This document shows positions 38,842-47,631 of a DNA stretch of 64,000 nt, piece by piece. Source of the stretch: a virus. Taxonomy: Duplodnaviria > Caudoviricetes. Position 1 is the stretch's first letter; the number at the start of each line of letters is the position of its first letter. Below the pieces are notes generated by a model, which did no database searches, was not told where the DNA came from, and saw only the letters and a program-made list of their open reading frames with translations. Location of the stretch: the IMG/VR virus record IMGVR_UViG_3300044259_000036, positions 1 to 64,000 of that record, one strand, 5' to 3'. Made by a program: the position numbers and the translations under genes.

Positions 38842-39152
38842 AGGCGCCAACGTTGTTGCTGATGCTCGCCGTCCTCCTCCTCGCAGGCTGCACCAAGACG
38901 GTGACGCAGCGGGTGGAGATCCCCTACGAAGTCACCGTACCGGTTTATTTCAAGGTAGCTGCGCCGGCAGAGCTGCTGCGTCGCTACATCCCGACCGAGT
39001 ACCCCGTCTTCATCTCTCCGAGCAGCAAGGACGCTGTGATCGGTATGTCCACCCTGGACTGGGAACGCCTGCAGGTGATTCTGCGGACGCTCGAAAGCAG
39101 GGACGAGGCATGGCGCTCCTGGGCTCAGCAACCGGCCGAGGCCAAGCCATGA
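38838..39152 (+). CDS. o-spanin lipoprotein
   Basis: lipobox LLAGC, Pro-rich. Confidence 0.78.
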   Translation: MKAPTLLLMLAVLLLAGCTKTVTQRVEIPYEVTVPVYFKVAAPAELLRRYIPTEYPVFISPSSKDAVIGMSTLDWERLQVILRTLESRDEAWRSWAQQPAEAKP

Positions 39153-39481
39153 GCACACCCCAAACCATCGACGTTCTTATCGACCTGGCTCCCTTCGCCA
39201 TGTACACGGCAGTGCTGGTGAAGCTGCTGTTCGGATGGAGAACGGTCAAGACCCACGGCTTCAACAGCGGGCGCACAGCGATCTTCGCGCTGCTTGCCCT
39301 TGTCGTCACCAGCCTACTAGCGGCCAACGTGTACGCCTTCACGGTCGAAGGCAAGACCTACCTGTCGCTGAAAGTCTTCCAGATGTTCCTCGTCGGGAAT
39401 TGGTTGGTCTACTGGATCGTCATCGACTTCCTCACCAGAGCACCGGAGCAGAAGGAAGCGAGCCGTGAATCTACCGACTGA
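39149..39481 (+). CDS. 3-TM membrane protein (holin/antiholin candidate)
   Basis: three hydrophobic segments in the lysis cassette. Confidence 0.6.
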   Translation: MSTPQTIDVLIDLAPFAMYTAVLVKLLFGWRTVKTHGFNSGRTAIFALLALVVTSLLAANVYAFTVEGKTYLSLKVFQMFLVGNWLVYWIVIDFLTRAPEQKEASRESTD

Positions 39482-39824
39482 GCTGATGGAGAAGTTCCAT
39501 GAGTACGCCTACACGGGCGCGCTCGGGGCCTTCGCCGCGCTGGTAGGCTATCTCTACCAGGTGGCCAAGAATGGCGGGGCCAAGATCAGCTTGCTGATGA
39601 TCGTGGCCACGCTGGTGATCGGGTTCTACTTGGGGGTTTTGTTTGGCGGCTTCATCCCCAAGGACTGGGGAAACCGCGATGCCGTCCTGCTGCTCGTAGG
39701 AGCGACGGGCTTGAAGGGGTTCGAGATCGTCAGCGGCTGGGCCAAGGCTGTGATCCCGCGACTGCTGCAGGCGTTGGTACCAAGTGCCGGGGGCATACCG
39801 CCCCCGGATGACCCTAAGCCCTAG
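39465..39824 (+). CDS. putative holin
   Basis: 119 aa, 2-3 TM segments with Gly motifs. Confidence 0.65.
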   Translation: MNLPTELMEKFHEYAYTGALGAFAALVGYLYQVAKNGGAKISLLMIVATLVIGFYLGVLFGGFIPKDWGNRDAVLLLVGATGLKGFEIVSGWAKAVIPRLLQALVPSAGGIPPPDDPKP

Positions 39825-40087
39825 GGATGGGTCCAGGCGAATCGGCCAAAGTAGACCGATCCGTCATCTGCTTCATACGACATCTCGTCGTCGCGTCGCT
39901 CGATATGTGCAACACGGGTGACGCGCTTCTTGTGCGGCGGGGTCAGCATCTTCTCCAGCCGGCTGGCCTCCTCCCCATCGTCATTGAACATCCGGTACTC
40001 GCCCTCGACCTTGATGATCAGCGGGCTGCCCACCGGCGGCAGATGGCCTGACGAGTTGAAGTGTTCGTACTGATCCAGGTCAGTCAT
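39821..40087 (-). CDS. hypothetical protein
   Basis: 88 aa, last gene of the minus-strand operon. Confidence 0.65.
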   Translation of the reverse strand: MTDLDQYEHFNSSGHLPPVGSPLIIKVEGEYRMFNDDGEEASRLEKMLTPPHKKRVTRVAHIERRDDEMSYEADDGSVYFGRFAWTHP

Positions 40088-40337
40088 CGGCGTAACCCTC
40101 CGCAGCTGTCATACCCTCGGGCATTTCCAGCACCTTGAAGCTAAGGGAGGTTTGAGGGCTGTGCTCTACGTACAGCTTTCCAGCCCCTTCAACCTCCACC
40201 ACTTTGGGTCCTGATTTCTTGTTTACGAAGTCGGCCACCTCCAGGCGGCCTCCGTCGTCGGTGGTAAACACTACGTCCCCTTGGCACACAAGCTGGCCGA
40301 CTTGGTAGTACAGCCGGGAAATTTCGATCTTGTACAC
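40080..40337 (-). CDS. hypothetical protein
   Basis: 85 aa, GTG start with GGAG RBS. Confidence 0.6.
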   Translation of the reverse strand: MYKIEISRLYYQVGQLVCQGDVVFTTDDGGRLEVADFVNKKSGPKVVEVEGAGKLYVEHSPQTSLSFKVLEMPEGMTAAEGYADD

Positions 40338-40338
40338 C

Positions 40339-42588
40339 TTACTCCCCCACGCAAATGATGTTCTGTGCCAGCGCCTGGTCGCTGACCCGGTGGGTGATCA
40401 GCAGCGTCTGCTTGGCGGCGGTGGACAGCATCGCCGACAGGCTCGCTGCGTTGTTCTCGGAGCACGACTCGGTCGGTTCGTCGAACAGCAGCGGGCACTC
40501 CTTGCCGTACAGTGCGCGGGACAGGCCGATGCGCAGCGCGGTGCCGATCAGCGCTCCCTGAGCACCGGAGGCTTCGGCGCAGGAGATAATCACCCCCGCC
40601 TCTGCGTACTGGAACTCACCTTCGCTGTTCAGGATCTGGGTGATGGTGCCCTTGGACGACTGCTTCACGATCTTGGTCGACAGGCCCAGGATCACGGCCC
40701 AGACCTCCTGCAGGTAAACCTGCCGGCGATCGCGGAGGAAGCGGACCAGCTTGTTGTACAGCTCGGCCTTATTGGCATCCGCCACCGCAGCCGCCGCCCG
40801 CTCGCGCAGGCGCACCAGGTTGGCCTCCGCAGTGCTCAGCGAGTGCTTGGCATGGCCCATGGCCTGATCCGTGGTCTTCTGCTCGGACTGTAGGGTCAGC
40901 GCCTTGTAGGCGTGAGCCTGCTTGCGCTCGTTGTAGGCTGCCAGGGTCTTCTCGGCTTCCTGCACCTGGGCGTCGGTCGGAGGCTCAGGCAACGCTGCAT
41001 AGGCCTCGTCCAGCTCTTTCACCTTGGCAGTCAGCGAGTCGAAGGACGACTTGGCGAAGTCACGCCGGCCAACAGCCTGGGTGATGCGGTCGTTGTGGGC
41101 GCCTGCACCATCCAGCTCGGCCTTCAGGGTGGTGTGCTGGGCGCGCAGGTCGTCGTAGGCCTGGTGCTTCGCGCTCTGGATACCCACCAGATCGGACAGC
41201 GGTACGAGCGCTGCTACGGTGGCCAGCGCGTCTTCCTTGGCAGCCGCAGCCTTTACAAGCTCGGCCTGCTTCTGGTCGTAGGCTCGATGCAGGTCCTCCA
41301 GCGTGCGCAAAGTGCCTCGAGCTTCGCTCAGAACCCGGCGCTTCTCCTTCTCGATCTCTGTCAGGCTGTCCAGCTCGGCCTTCGCCGCAGCCAGTTCGGC
41401 TTCCAACTTGGCCGGGTCGTGACCTTCCTTCACTGCGCCACAGGTAGGGCACTCGGCGCCGTCGGACAGCTGCTTCAGGGCCTGATACTTGGAGTTGGCG
41501 TCGGACCGGGCTTCCTGTGCGCGGTCGACCGCGCCCTCGGCTTCAGTGATGGTGAACTTCAGAGCGTCCAGAGGAGCAGGCTTCTCTGGCAGTGCCTCGG
41601 CAGCGTGGGTTGCGGCGGCCACTGCATCGTCAGCGCGCTTGGTAGCGTCGTGGTGAGCTTGCACGGCCTCGTCGGCCGACTTGCGCTCGGCAGCTGCGGC
41701 CTGGCCATCGTCCACCAGCTGCTTCAGGCGGGCGGCCATTTCAGTGGTGTCTCGCAGCTCGCCGGACTCGGCCACGGTCTGCTCGGCGGCGTCGAGCGCT
41801 GCCTTCTGCACCTTGTGCTGGGCCTCAGCGGACTCCAACTGGCTGAGCAGGTTGCTTGCAGCCGTCTTCTCGGCGCGCATCGCCGCCGGGTCCAGCTCTG
41901 GCGCAACCTCGGTGAACTCACCGTGAGCCTCGACCGCGCGGCGGGCCTGCTCAGCCAGCTCGACCTTCTCGGTGACGACAGCCTTGCAGCCGTCCACGGC
42001 GTCGGCCGCATTGGCCATCTCCTCGTCGCCGACCTGCTTGGCCTCGGCGTAGGAGGTATAGAGCGAGGCGATGCGGGCCGACTCGGTGGCCACCTTGTCG
42101 ATCAGATCGACACCGGCGAACTCCTCGACCTTGCGGTTCAGCGCCGTGGCACCGTAGGTGAGCACGCCGGCCGACTGACCCTGACGGGACTGCATGAAAA
42201 GGTCGTAGTCCTTGGCGCTGACGCCGATCAGATCCTCGACGAATTCGGTGACCGCGGTGTGGCCGTTGGCAACCAGCTCGTCGACTGCCTCGCCGTCACG
42301 GGAAGTGCGGCGCATCTTGCCGGTGCTCTTGCTGCGGGTGATGTGGTAGGTGCAGCCGCCTGCAAAGAAGGCCAGGTCGACAGACCACTTGTCGTGGCCC
42401 CAGGTTGGGATGTCTTCTTTCTTGCCCGGGATCGAGGCGATGCCGAACAGGGCCAGCTTGATGGCCTTGAGCAGGGTCGATTTGCCGTGGGCGTTCTCGC
42501 CGGAGATCACGTTCAAGCCAGCTGTGAATTCAGCGGCGAAGGTGCCCAGGCGTTTAAAATTCAGGGTGTGGAGGCTGATAAGGCGCAT
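40339..42588 (-). CDS. sbcC: SbcC/Rad50-like ATPase
   Basis: GENAHGKS, CPTC zinc hook, ASGAQ signature, LLFDEPT, LITH. Confidence 0.92.
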   Translation of the reverse strand: MRLISLHTLNFKRLGTFAAEFTAGLNVISGENAHGKSTLLKAIKLALFGIASIPGKKEDIPTWGHDKWSVDLAFFAGGCTYHITRSKSTGKMRRTSRDGEAVDELVANGHTAVTEFVEDLIGVSAKDYDLFMQSRQGQSAGVLTYGATALNRKVEEFAGVDLIDKVATESARIASLYTSYAEAKQVGDEEMANAADAVDGCKAVVTEKVELAEQARRAVEAHGEFTEVAPELDPAAMRAEKTAASNLLSQLESAEAQHKVQKAALDAAEQTVAESGELRDTTEMAARLKQLVDDGQAAAAERKSADEAVQAHHDATKRADDAVAAATHAAEALPEKPAPLDALKFTITEAEGAVDRAQEARSDANSKYQALKQLSDGAECPTCGAVKEGHDPAKLEAELAAAKAELDSLTEIEKEKRRVLSEARGTLRTLEDLHRAYDQKQAELVKAAAAKEDALATVAALVPLSDLVGIQSAKHQAYDDLRAQHTTLKAELDGAGAHNDRITQAVGRRDFAKSSFDSLTAKVKELDEAYAALPEPPTDAQVQEAEKTLAAYNERKQAHAYKALTLQSEQKTTDQAMGHAKHSLSTAEANLVRLRERAAAAVADANKAELYNKLVRFLRDRRQVYLQEVWAVILGLSTKIVKQSSKGTITQILNSEGEFQYAEAGVIISCAEASGAQGALIGTALRIGLSRALYGKECPLLFDEPTESCSENNAASLSAMLSTAAKQTLLITHRVSDQALAQNIICVGE

Positions 42589-42607
42589 TGTGGGTGTCCT
42601 CAAAGAG

Positions 42608-42631
42608 AGCGCCCGGCTTTCGCCGGGCGCT
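42608..42631 (-). terminator. GC hairpin terminator
   Basis: AGCGCCCGGC-GAAA-GCCGGGCGCT then CTCTTTG. Confidence 0.55.
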
Positions 42632-42636
42632 GGGTG

Positions 42637-43083
42637 TTACTTGGCGGCGGGTTTGCGAGGCGCCCGGGTAGGCTTCGCGGCTGCTACTGGCACTGCCTTC
42701 GGCTTGGCCGGGGCGCGCTTACGCGGTGGCTTGGCTGCACCAGGCGCAGGCGGGGTCACCACTTCGTCGGTCTGGACGATGTGCTCAGGCATCTGCGGCG
42801 GGTTGGAAGGGACAGCTGCCACGATCATGTCGGCGCGGATGGCCACCGGCACGCCGTTGCCCGGGTCAATCACAACGGTCCACAGGTCCAGCTCGCCCTT
42901 CTTCGGGCCTAGGCGAGGCTGCGACACGCCGGCACACAGGTAGCCACGGATGTAGCCGCGCTCGGTGTAGGCAGGGTTACCGTCCTGATCCACCCCTGCC
43001 CAGTCGCGGCGCATGACCAGCGCCATGAATTGACCGAGGTCCAGACCCAGGTGGTTGTTGCGATTTACGTTGTTTTTGCTCAT
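42637..43083 (-). CDS. hypothetical protein with basic Pro/Lys/Ala tail
   Basis: 148 aa. Confidence 0.7.
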   Translation of the reverse strand: MSKNNVNRNNHLGLDLGQFMALVMRRDWAGVDQDGNPAYTERGYIRGYLCAGVSQPRLGPKKGELDLWTVVIDPGNGVPVAIRADMIVAAVPSNPPQMPEHIVQTDEVVTPPAPGAAKPPRKRAPAKPKAVPVAAAKPTRAPRKPAAK

Positions 43084-44123
43084 TACTTCGTTACCCCGTT
43101 GAGAACTTCCGTGAAAATTTCTTCAAGCTCCGTACCTGCCAGATCGCGCTTGATGCGCTCCGGCAGGTGTTCCAGGCCGACATCCTCGACGACGTCATCG
43201 ACGCCACCCAGGCTGTCCTCTGGCTGGATGCAGTTACGGACGGCCAACATGTGAGGTGCGGCCTTCCAGATGGTTTTGATGTACTCGCTGATCTCGACCA
43301 CAGTGGCGTCGGCCGGCGTGCCGGTGACGTCGATGAACTGGACCTTGCTCAGGTCGGGCAGCTCGCTGTTCACCTTGAGCGACAGGTAGCCTTCATCCTT
43401 GGACCAGATCATCCGCTTGGTCAGCGTCGCTGTTTCCAGCTCCAGGTCGTAGACGAACTTGTCGCTGATGTCGTGGAACGACGTCGGGTGGGTGTTACCC
43501 AGCATGACGATCCGGCCACCCTGGTGGGTTGACGGGATGTGCTCATGGCCGATGAAGATGAAGTCGAAGGCTTCCAGCAGCTGCTCGCCGACGTGCGCCG
43601 GCAGGTTCAGCGAGTCGTCCTCGATGGCCAAGGTGAAATCGTAGTTGCAGTGCAGGACCAGATAGCTGGCCAGCCCGTCACGGGTTTCCGCAGCGTGGGC
43701 GGCGGCCTGGGCTACGGCGCGCAGGAACAGCTCCTGCGAGGCGTGGTGCGGTACCAAGTAGATCGAGTCGTGGTGCTCGAAGTACGGAGCGCTGAGATCC
43801 TTGGAGCGGATGACCGGCACGCCGGCTTCTGCCAACGCCATCAGCGAGGTGACAGTGCCCTCGCGGTTGGTCTCGTCGTGGTTGCCGGACAGGACGGCCC
43901 AGCAGCGCGAGCCCACCTGCATGCCCTGGACGATACCGGCTTCAGGGTTGAACGAGCGGTCGAACAGGTCACCGGCGCAGAGGACCGGGTGCTTGCTCTC
44001 GTTGACGACCTTCATGGAAACGTCGAACAGGGCGGTGCGCAGGCGCACGGCCGAGTCCGGGGTGGTGTGAGCTTGACGCTGCAACCAGAGGTGGTTGTCG
44101 CTGAATAGGGTCAGGTTCTTCAT
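43083..44123 (-). CDS. sbcD: SbcD/Mre11-like nuclease
   Basis: SDNHL, GDLFD, GNHD, GHEH metallophosphoesterase motifs. Confidence 0.92.
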   Translation of the reverse strand: MKNLTLFSDNHLWLQRQAHTTPDSAVRLRTALFDVSMKVVNESKHPVLCAGDLFDRSFNPEAGIVQGMQVGSRCWAVLSGNHDETNREGTVTSLMALAEAGVPVIRSKDLSAPYFEHHDSIYLVPHHASQELFLRAVAQAAAHAAETRDGLASYLVLHCNYDFTLAIEDDSLNLPAHVGEQLLEAFDFIFIGHEHIPSTHQGGRIVMLGNTHPTSFHDISDKFVYDLELETATLTKRMIWSKDEGYLSLKVNSELPDLSKVQFIDVTGTPADATVVEISEYIKTIWKAAPHMLAVRNCIQPEDSLGGVDDVVEDVGLEHLPERIKRDLAGTELEEIFTEVLNGVTK

Positions 44124-44236
44124 GAGATTGCCTCTTTGATGGCTGTGTAGCCAACGGCGAGAATTGGAAGGGCAGCGAGAGCCAGGACGCTGCCGAGGAT
44201 CAGGGCAGCCAGGCGCTGGAGTGTCTTCTTTGACAT
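44120..44236 (-). CDS. small membrane peptide
   Basis: 38 aa from ATG 44236 with AGGAG RBS, one TM segment. Confidence 0.5.
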   Translation of the reverse strand: MSKKTLQRLAALILGSVLALAALPILAVGYTAIKEAIS

Positions 44237-44428
44237 GATCGTCTCTCCTGAGAGGGCAGCTCGCGCTGCCCGAGGGTTACAGCAGGCTGTGTGCCCAGTC
44301 GAAGAACGACCAGGCCGCCGCGATACCCGTGAACATTCCAAGGCCCAGGAACACGCCGGTGTACATCAGGCGGCGGACAACCCGGAGTTCCTGGACAAAT
44401 TCGTTGGCGAGTTGTTTCAGGAAGGCCC

Positions 44429-45547
44429 TCACAGCGGTTCGTACCAGCACTTGGCGGTGGCGATGCAAGGGATACCCTTGGCCGAGTAGCCCATGTGCTT
44501 GACGGTCAACAGCTTGTCCATGTGCTCCTCCCACTTCAGCCCCTGCTCATGCTTCTCAGCGTGGGTACCGGCCGCGAGGACCTTGGCGTTGACGTCAGGC
44601 TTTACCTCGTAGGTCCAGATGGGGTTGAGCCACTTCTCGCCGTTCGGCCCCTTATTAGGCTTGCCCCAGGTTACCGCGATCACTTTGAACTCGGTGTCCT
44701 GGAACGGCTTCACCTTAATCAGGTGGATGCTGCGGGTGTCGTCCTCGTAGCCTTCGTTACCCCAGCGCAGGATCGAACCCTCGAAGCCGTTGCGCAGGTT
44801 TTCCTGCTGCGCCGCTTCGACTTCTTCCCAGCTGCGAACACGGACGGTCGGGGTCAGGATCAGCAGAGGGTGTGCCGGCGAGGCGTCGAATGCCGCCTTG
44901 AGCATGTCAAAGCGCTCACCGAACGGCGCGTCATCCACCACGTCGTAAAGCCAGTAGGCCAGATTCTGCGTGCCGTCCTGCATCTTCTTGATGAAGCCGG
45001 TGATCTTCTGCAGCAGTACGCCCTTGGTGTAGATCTCGCCGTCGAGGTGCAGGTTTTCCAACGGCGTACCGACGACCAGGTCGTTCAGGTGGGACAGGTT
45101 CACGAACTCGTTGCCGGCGCGGCTGTACATGATCTCGTCGCGTAGGCCGCGGTTACCGTCCAGCTTCGGCTGCAGGTAGGCGGTGTCCCAGTCGATGTCT
45201 TCGGCTTTCACCTTGTCGGCCGGCTGGGCCAGCATCGGTTTCTTCTTGCCCAAGGTGTTGGTCACCGGCTCGTTGGCGGCTTCCAAGGTCTCGACGTAGC
45301 CGCGGTCCAGCTGCTTGGCATGGCGGGCAATCAGCTCCAGCTGTGCCTGAGTTTCAGCGGTGGTCTCGTTGCTGCGGCCGAGGTTCTTCGCCTCGGTGGG
45401 GCTGAATTTCTGGACCGGGCTGCCGTCCATCTTCTTAGCGAAGGTGATCAGCAGGCCGGGCTCCTGTCCGCCGATAGCCTTGATATTCCAGTAGCCGATG
45501 GTGCCGGAGTGGTTTTTGTACAGCGTCTTCTCTGCAAGTACCTGCAT
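44429..45547 (-). CDS. ATP-dependent DNA ligase
   Basis: PMLA, QPKLDGNR, LDGEIY, EGSILR, IKVK. Confidence 0.93.
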   Translation of the reverse strand: MQVLAEKTLYKNHSGTIGYWNIKAIGGQEPGLLITFAKKMDGSPVQKFSPTEAKNLGRSNETTAETQAQLELIARHAKQLDRGYVETLEAANEPVTNTLGKKKPMLAQPADKVKAEDIDWDTAYLQPKLDGNRGLRDEIMYSRAGNEFVNLSHLNDLVVGTPLENLHLDGEIYTKGVLLQKITGFIKKMQDGTQNLAYWLYDVVDDAPFGERFDMLKAAFDASPAHPLLILTPTVRVRSWEEVEAAQQENLRNGFEGSILRWGNEGYEDDTRSIHLIKVKPFQDTEFKVIAVTWGKPNKGPNGEKWLNPIWTYEVKPDVNAKVLAAGTHAEKHEQGLKWEEHMDKLLTVKHMGYSAKGIPCIATAKCWYEPL

Positions 45548-45565
45548 GGGAATCCTAATATCGAG

Positions 45566-45589
45566 TTAATGCGCTGATTGGCGGACTTT
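45566..45589. promoter_or_regulatory. palindromic operator, copy 6
   Basis: TTAATGCG-CTGATTGG-CGGACTTT upstream of the ligase. Confidence 0.5.
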
Positions 45590-46099
45590 CTCAAGTGTAA
45601 CCGCCGATCGCGGGATGTGGAAGTAGGCAACGAGGTGGTCAACCACTCGCTGTGTAATCAGCTTGTTGATGCAGCCAATGCCCTCCCACTGGGCGAGCAT
45701 GTGGCGTTTGTCGATGTTCTTCTCGCCCTGGATGGCAATGCCGTCCCACAGCTGCAAGACGCCCAGCTGTGTGTCCCAGAACAAAATGAAGTAGGGGATG
45801 CCGAGCATGTACCGGAAGGTCCCGATAGCTCCGCGCTGTGATGGCCTCACCATCGCCTTGGCCAGCTTGTGGTGCACCTCACTGGCCTTGATCTCCAGGA
45901 ACATCATGCGCTGCCCGTCCAGCCCGGTCTCAGCGCCGGGTGGAAGGCCGAGGATGTAGTCGCTTGGCTGGGCCGAGACAACGGAGCCAGCGGCTCCGGT
46001 GTCTGTGAGCCGATGCCAGCCGACCAGGTATTGCGCCTTGAGCTGCTTGAAGACCTCAGTCATCTCGCCCTCAAAGACCTTGCCTATGTCAGCTGCCAT
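45566..46099 (-). CDS. RecU-like Holliday junction resolvase (PD-(D/E)xK)
   Basis: GKVFE, PSDY, LEIKAS. Confidence 0.7.
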   Translation of the reverse strand: MAADIGKVFEGEMTEVFKQLKAQYLVGWHRLTDTGAAGSVVSAQPSDYILGLPPGAETGLDGQRMMFLEIKASEVHHKLAKAMVRPSQRGAIGTFRYMLGIPYFILFWDTQLGVLQLWDGIAIQGEKNIDKRHMLAQWEGIGCINKLITQRVVDHLVAYFHIPRSAVTLEKVRQSAH

Positions 46100-46100
46100 G

Positions 46101-46670
46101 TCACACCTTCGTCAGGTAGTCCTTCATCAGGCTGTCCAAGGTCTGGTGCAGGTAGGCCAGGTCGCCTGTGTTGTGCACCTTGACGTTGGTCAGCCCTGGA
46201 CTGATCCCCCGCTCGCTGGCATGGCCGGCGATGCCGACCTCCTCGATGCCCGGGCGGTCGATCTCGATCAGGATACCGCCCTGCTCTTTGATCCAGCGCG
46301 CCTCGGAGTCGAAGCGGACATCACTGAGGATCATGCCGGTGGTGTGCCCAGTCTCGGGCGACCAGAAGCCGTCCTTGACTGTGTTCCACTGCTTGGCCAC
46401 CAGGTTCACCCACAGGTCCGGGTTCACCGCCCGGCCCCACTCGGTGCCCAAGGTCTGCATCAGCGCGCGGTAGCTGATCCCCGCCTCTGGGCAGATCTGC
46501 TCCCGGTCGCCGGTGTGGAAGTGCGGGCCGAATACGGACGTAAGCATTTGCTTGATTGGTTCCGCAAATGCGTACTTACGTAAGTGCATACGTGCGGCAA
46601 GGTAGTCGGACATGGTGTCCTTGCCGGACCGGGCCTTGCCGTAGACCCCGATCAGGACGGGCTGCTTCAT
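46101..46670 (-). CDS. deoxynucleoside monophosphate kinase
   Basis: GKARSGKDT, FAEPIK, LGTEWGR, SDVRF, HASE. Confidence 0.92.
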   Translation of the reverse strand: MKQPVLIGVYGKARSGKDTMSDYLAARMHLRKYAFAEPIKQMLTSVFGPHFHTGDREQICPEAGISYRALMQTLGTEWGRAVNPDLWVNLVAKQWNTVKDGFWSPETGHTTGMILSDVRFDSEARWIKEQGGILIEIDRPGIEEVGIAGHASERGISPGLTNVKVHNTGDLAYLHQTLDSLMKDYLTKV

Positions 46671-47398
46671 GCCAGGCATGCTTGGAGCCCCTTACGCAGG
46701 TCGTGGGAGAACGGCACCTCGCACTTGGTCAGCAGCCACTGGACGTAGTCCTTCTCCAGGTTTTTGAGCTTGCTGCCCTTGTGCTTGCCGAAGTTGATGG
46801 TCATGTTCGGCGTGCCTTCGTCCTTGGTAGCCCAGGCGATCAGCTCGTCCAGGCTGTTCAGGCCAGCTGCCTTGATCGCAGGGGCGACCAGGTCGAGGGT
46901 GGCGGTGACGTCAGCCAGTGCGTCGTGCGCCTTTTCCATCGGCTTGCCCAGCAGCTTCTCGTAGGACTGGACCAGCTTGGCGCCTTCCCAACCATGCAGC
47001 TTCTTCAGCGCACGGCACGGCTTGATCATGTCGATGGAGAAGACGGGCTTCCAGCCCACCCGCATGCTGATCTTGTCGTCGTAGCTGTAGTTGTTGTAGC
47101 CGAACACCGCGTCCACCTTGAGGGCATTGACGGTGTCGAACTGTTCGGTCATGTACTCGATCCAGCACGGCTTGTCGGCCACGTCCATCATGCTGTAGCC
47201 GTGAATCGCGGTGGCTTCAGCGGTGATCTCCACGCCGGGGTTGAGCAGCTGGCAATCCTTGTCGAGGATTTCGTAGCTGCCGTCCTGGTGCAGTTTGACG
47301 ATGATCAACGCAGCCTGCAGAACGCCGCAGGAAGCGGTGTCCAGGCCTGTGGTCTCGTAGTCATAAGCCAGTACGTCGATGCTGCGTCCGAAGTTCAT
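46667..47398 (-). CDS. DEDDh 3'-5' exonuclease (ExoX-like)
   Basis: DYETTG, GYNNYSYD, AHDALADV, C-terminal FGKHKG. Confidence 0.9.
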   Translation of the reverse strand: MNFGRSIDVLAYDYETTGLDTASCGVLQAALIIVKLHQDGSYEILDKDCQLLNPGVEITAEATAIHGYSMMDVADKPCWIEYMTEQFDTVNALKVDAVFGYNNYSYDDKISMRVGWKPVFSIDMIKPCRALKKLHGWEGAKLVQSYEKLLGKPMEKAHDALADVTATLDLVAPAIKAAGLNSLDELIAWATKDEGTPNMTINFGKHKGSKLKNLEKDYVQWLLTKCEVPFSHDLRKGLQACLA

Positions 47399-47578
47399 TT
47401 GCGTTTCTTCCTTTTGGTGGTGGGCCGCACGTTGGGGAAATACCGGGCACAAAGGTCAGGATGTTCTTTCCTGAACTGGTCAATGCCCGCTTCAGCGCGG
47501 CTGAGCTTCGTGCTCAGGCCTCTGATCATAATTCCTTGCTGATGCACCTGCAGTTTCAACTTGTCTAAGGACTCCACT

Positions 47579-47611
47579 GGAACCCCCGGGGGCAATTGCC
47601 CCCGGAGTTCC
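47579..47611. other. long near-perfect palindrome
   Basis: GGAACCCCCGGGGGCAATTGCCCCCGGAGTTCC just downstream of polA. Confidence 0.5.
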
Positions 47612-47631
47612 GACGTCAAGAGTCCGCACCA

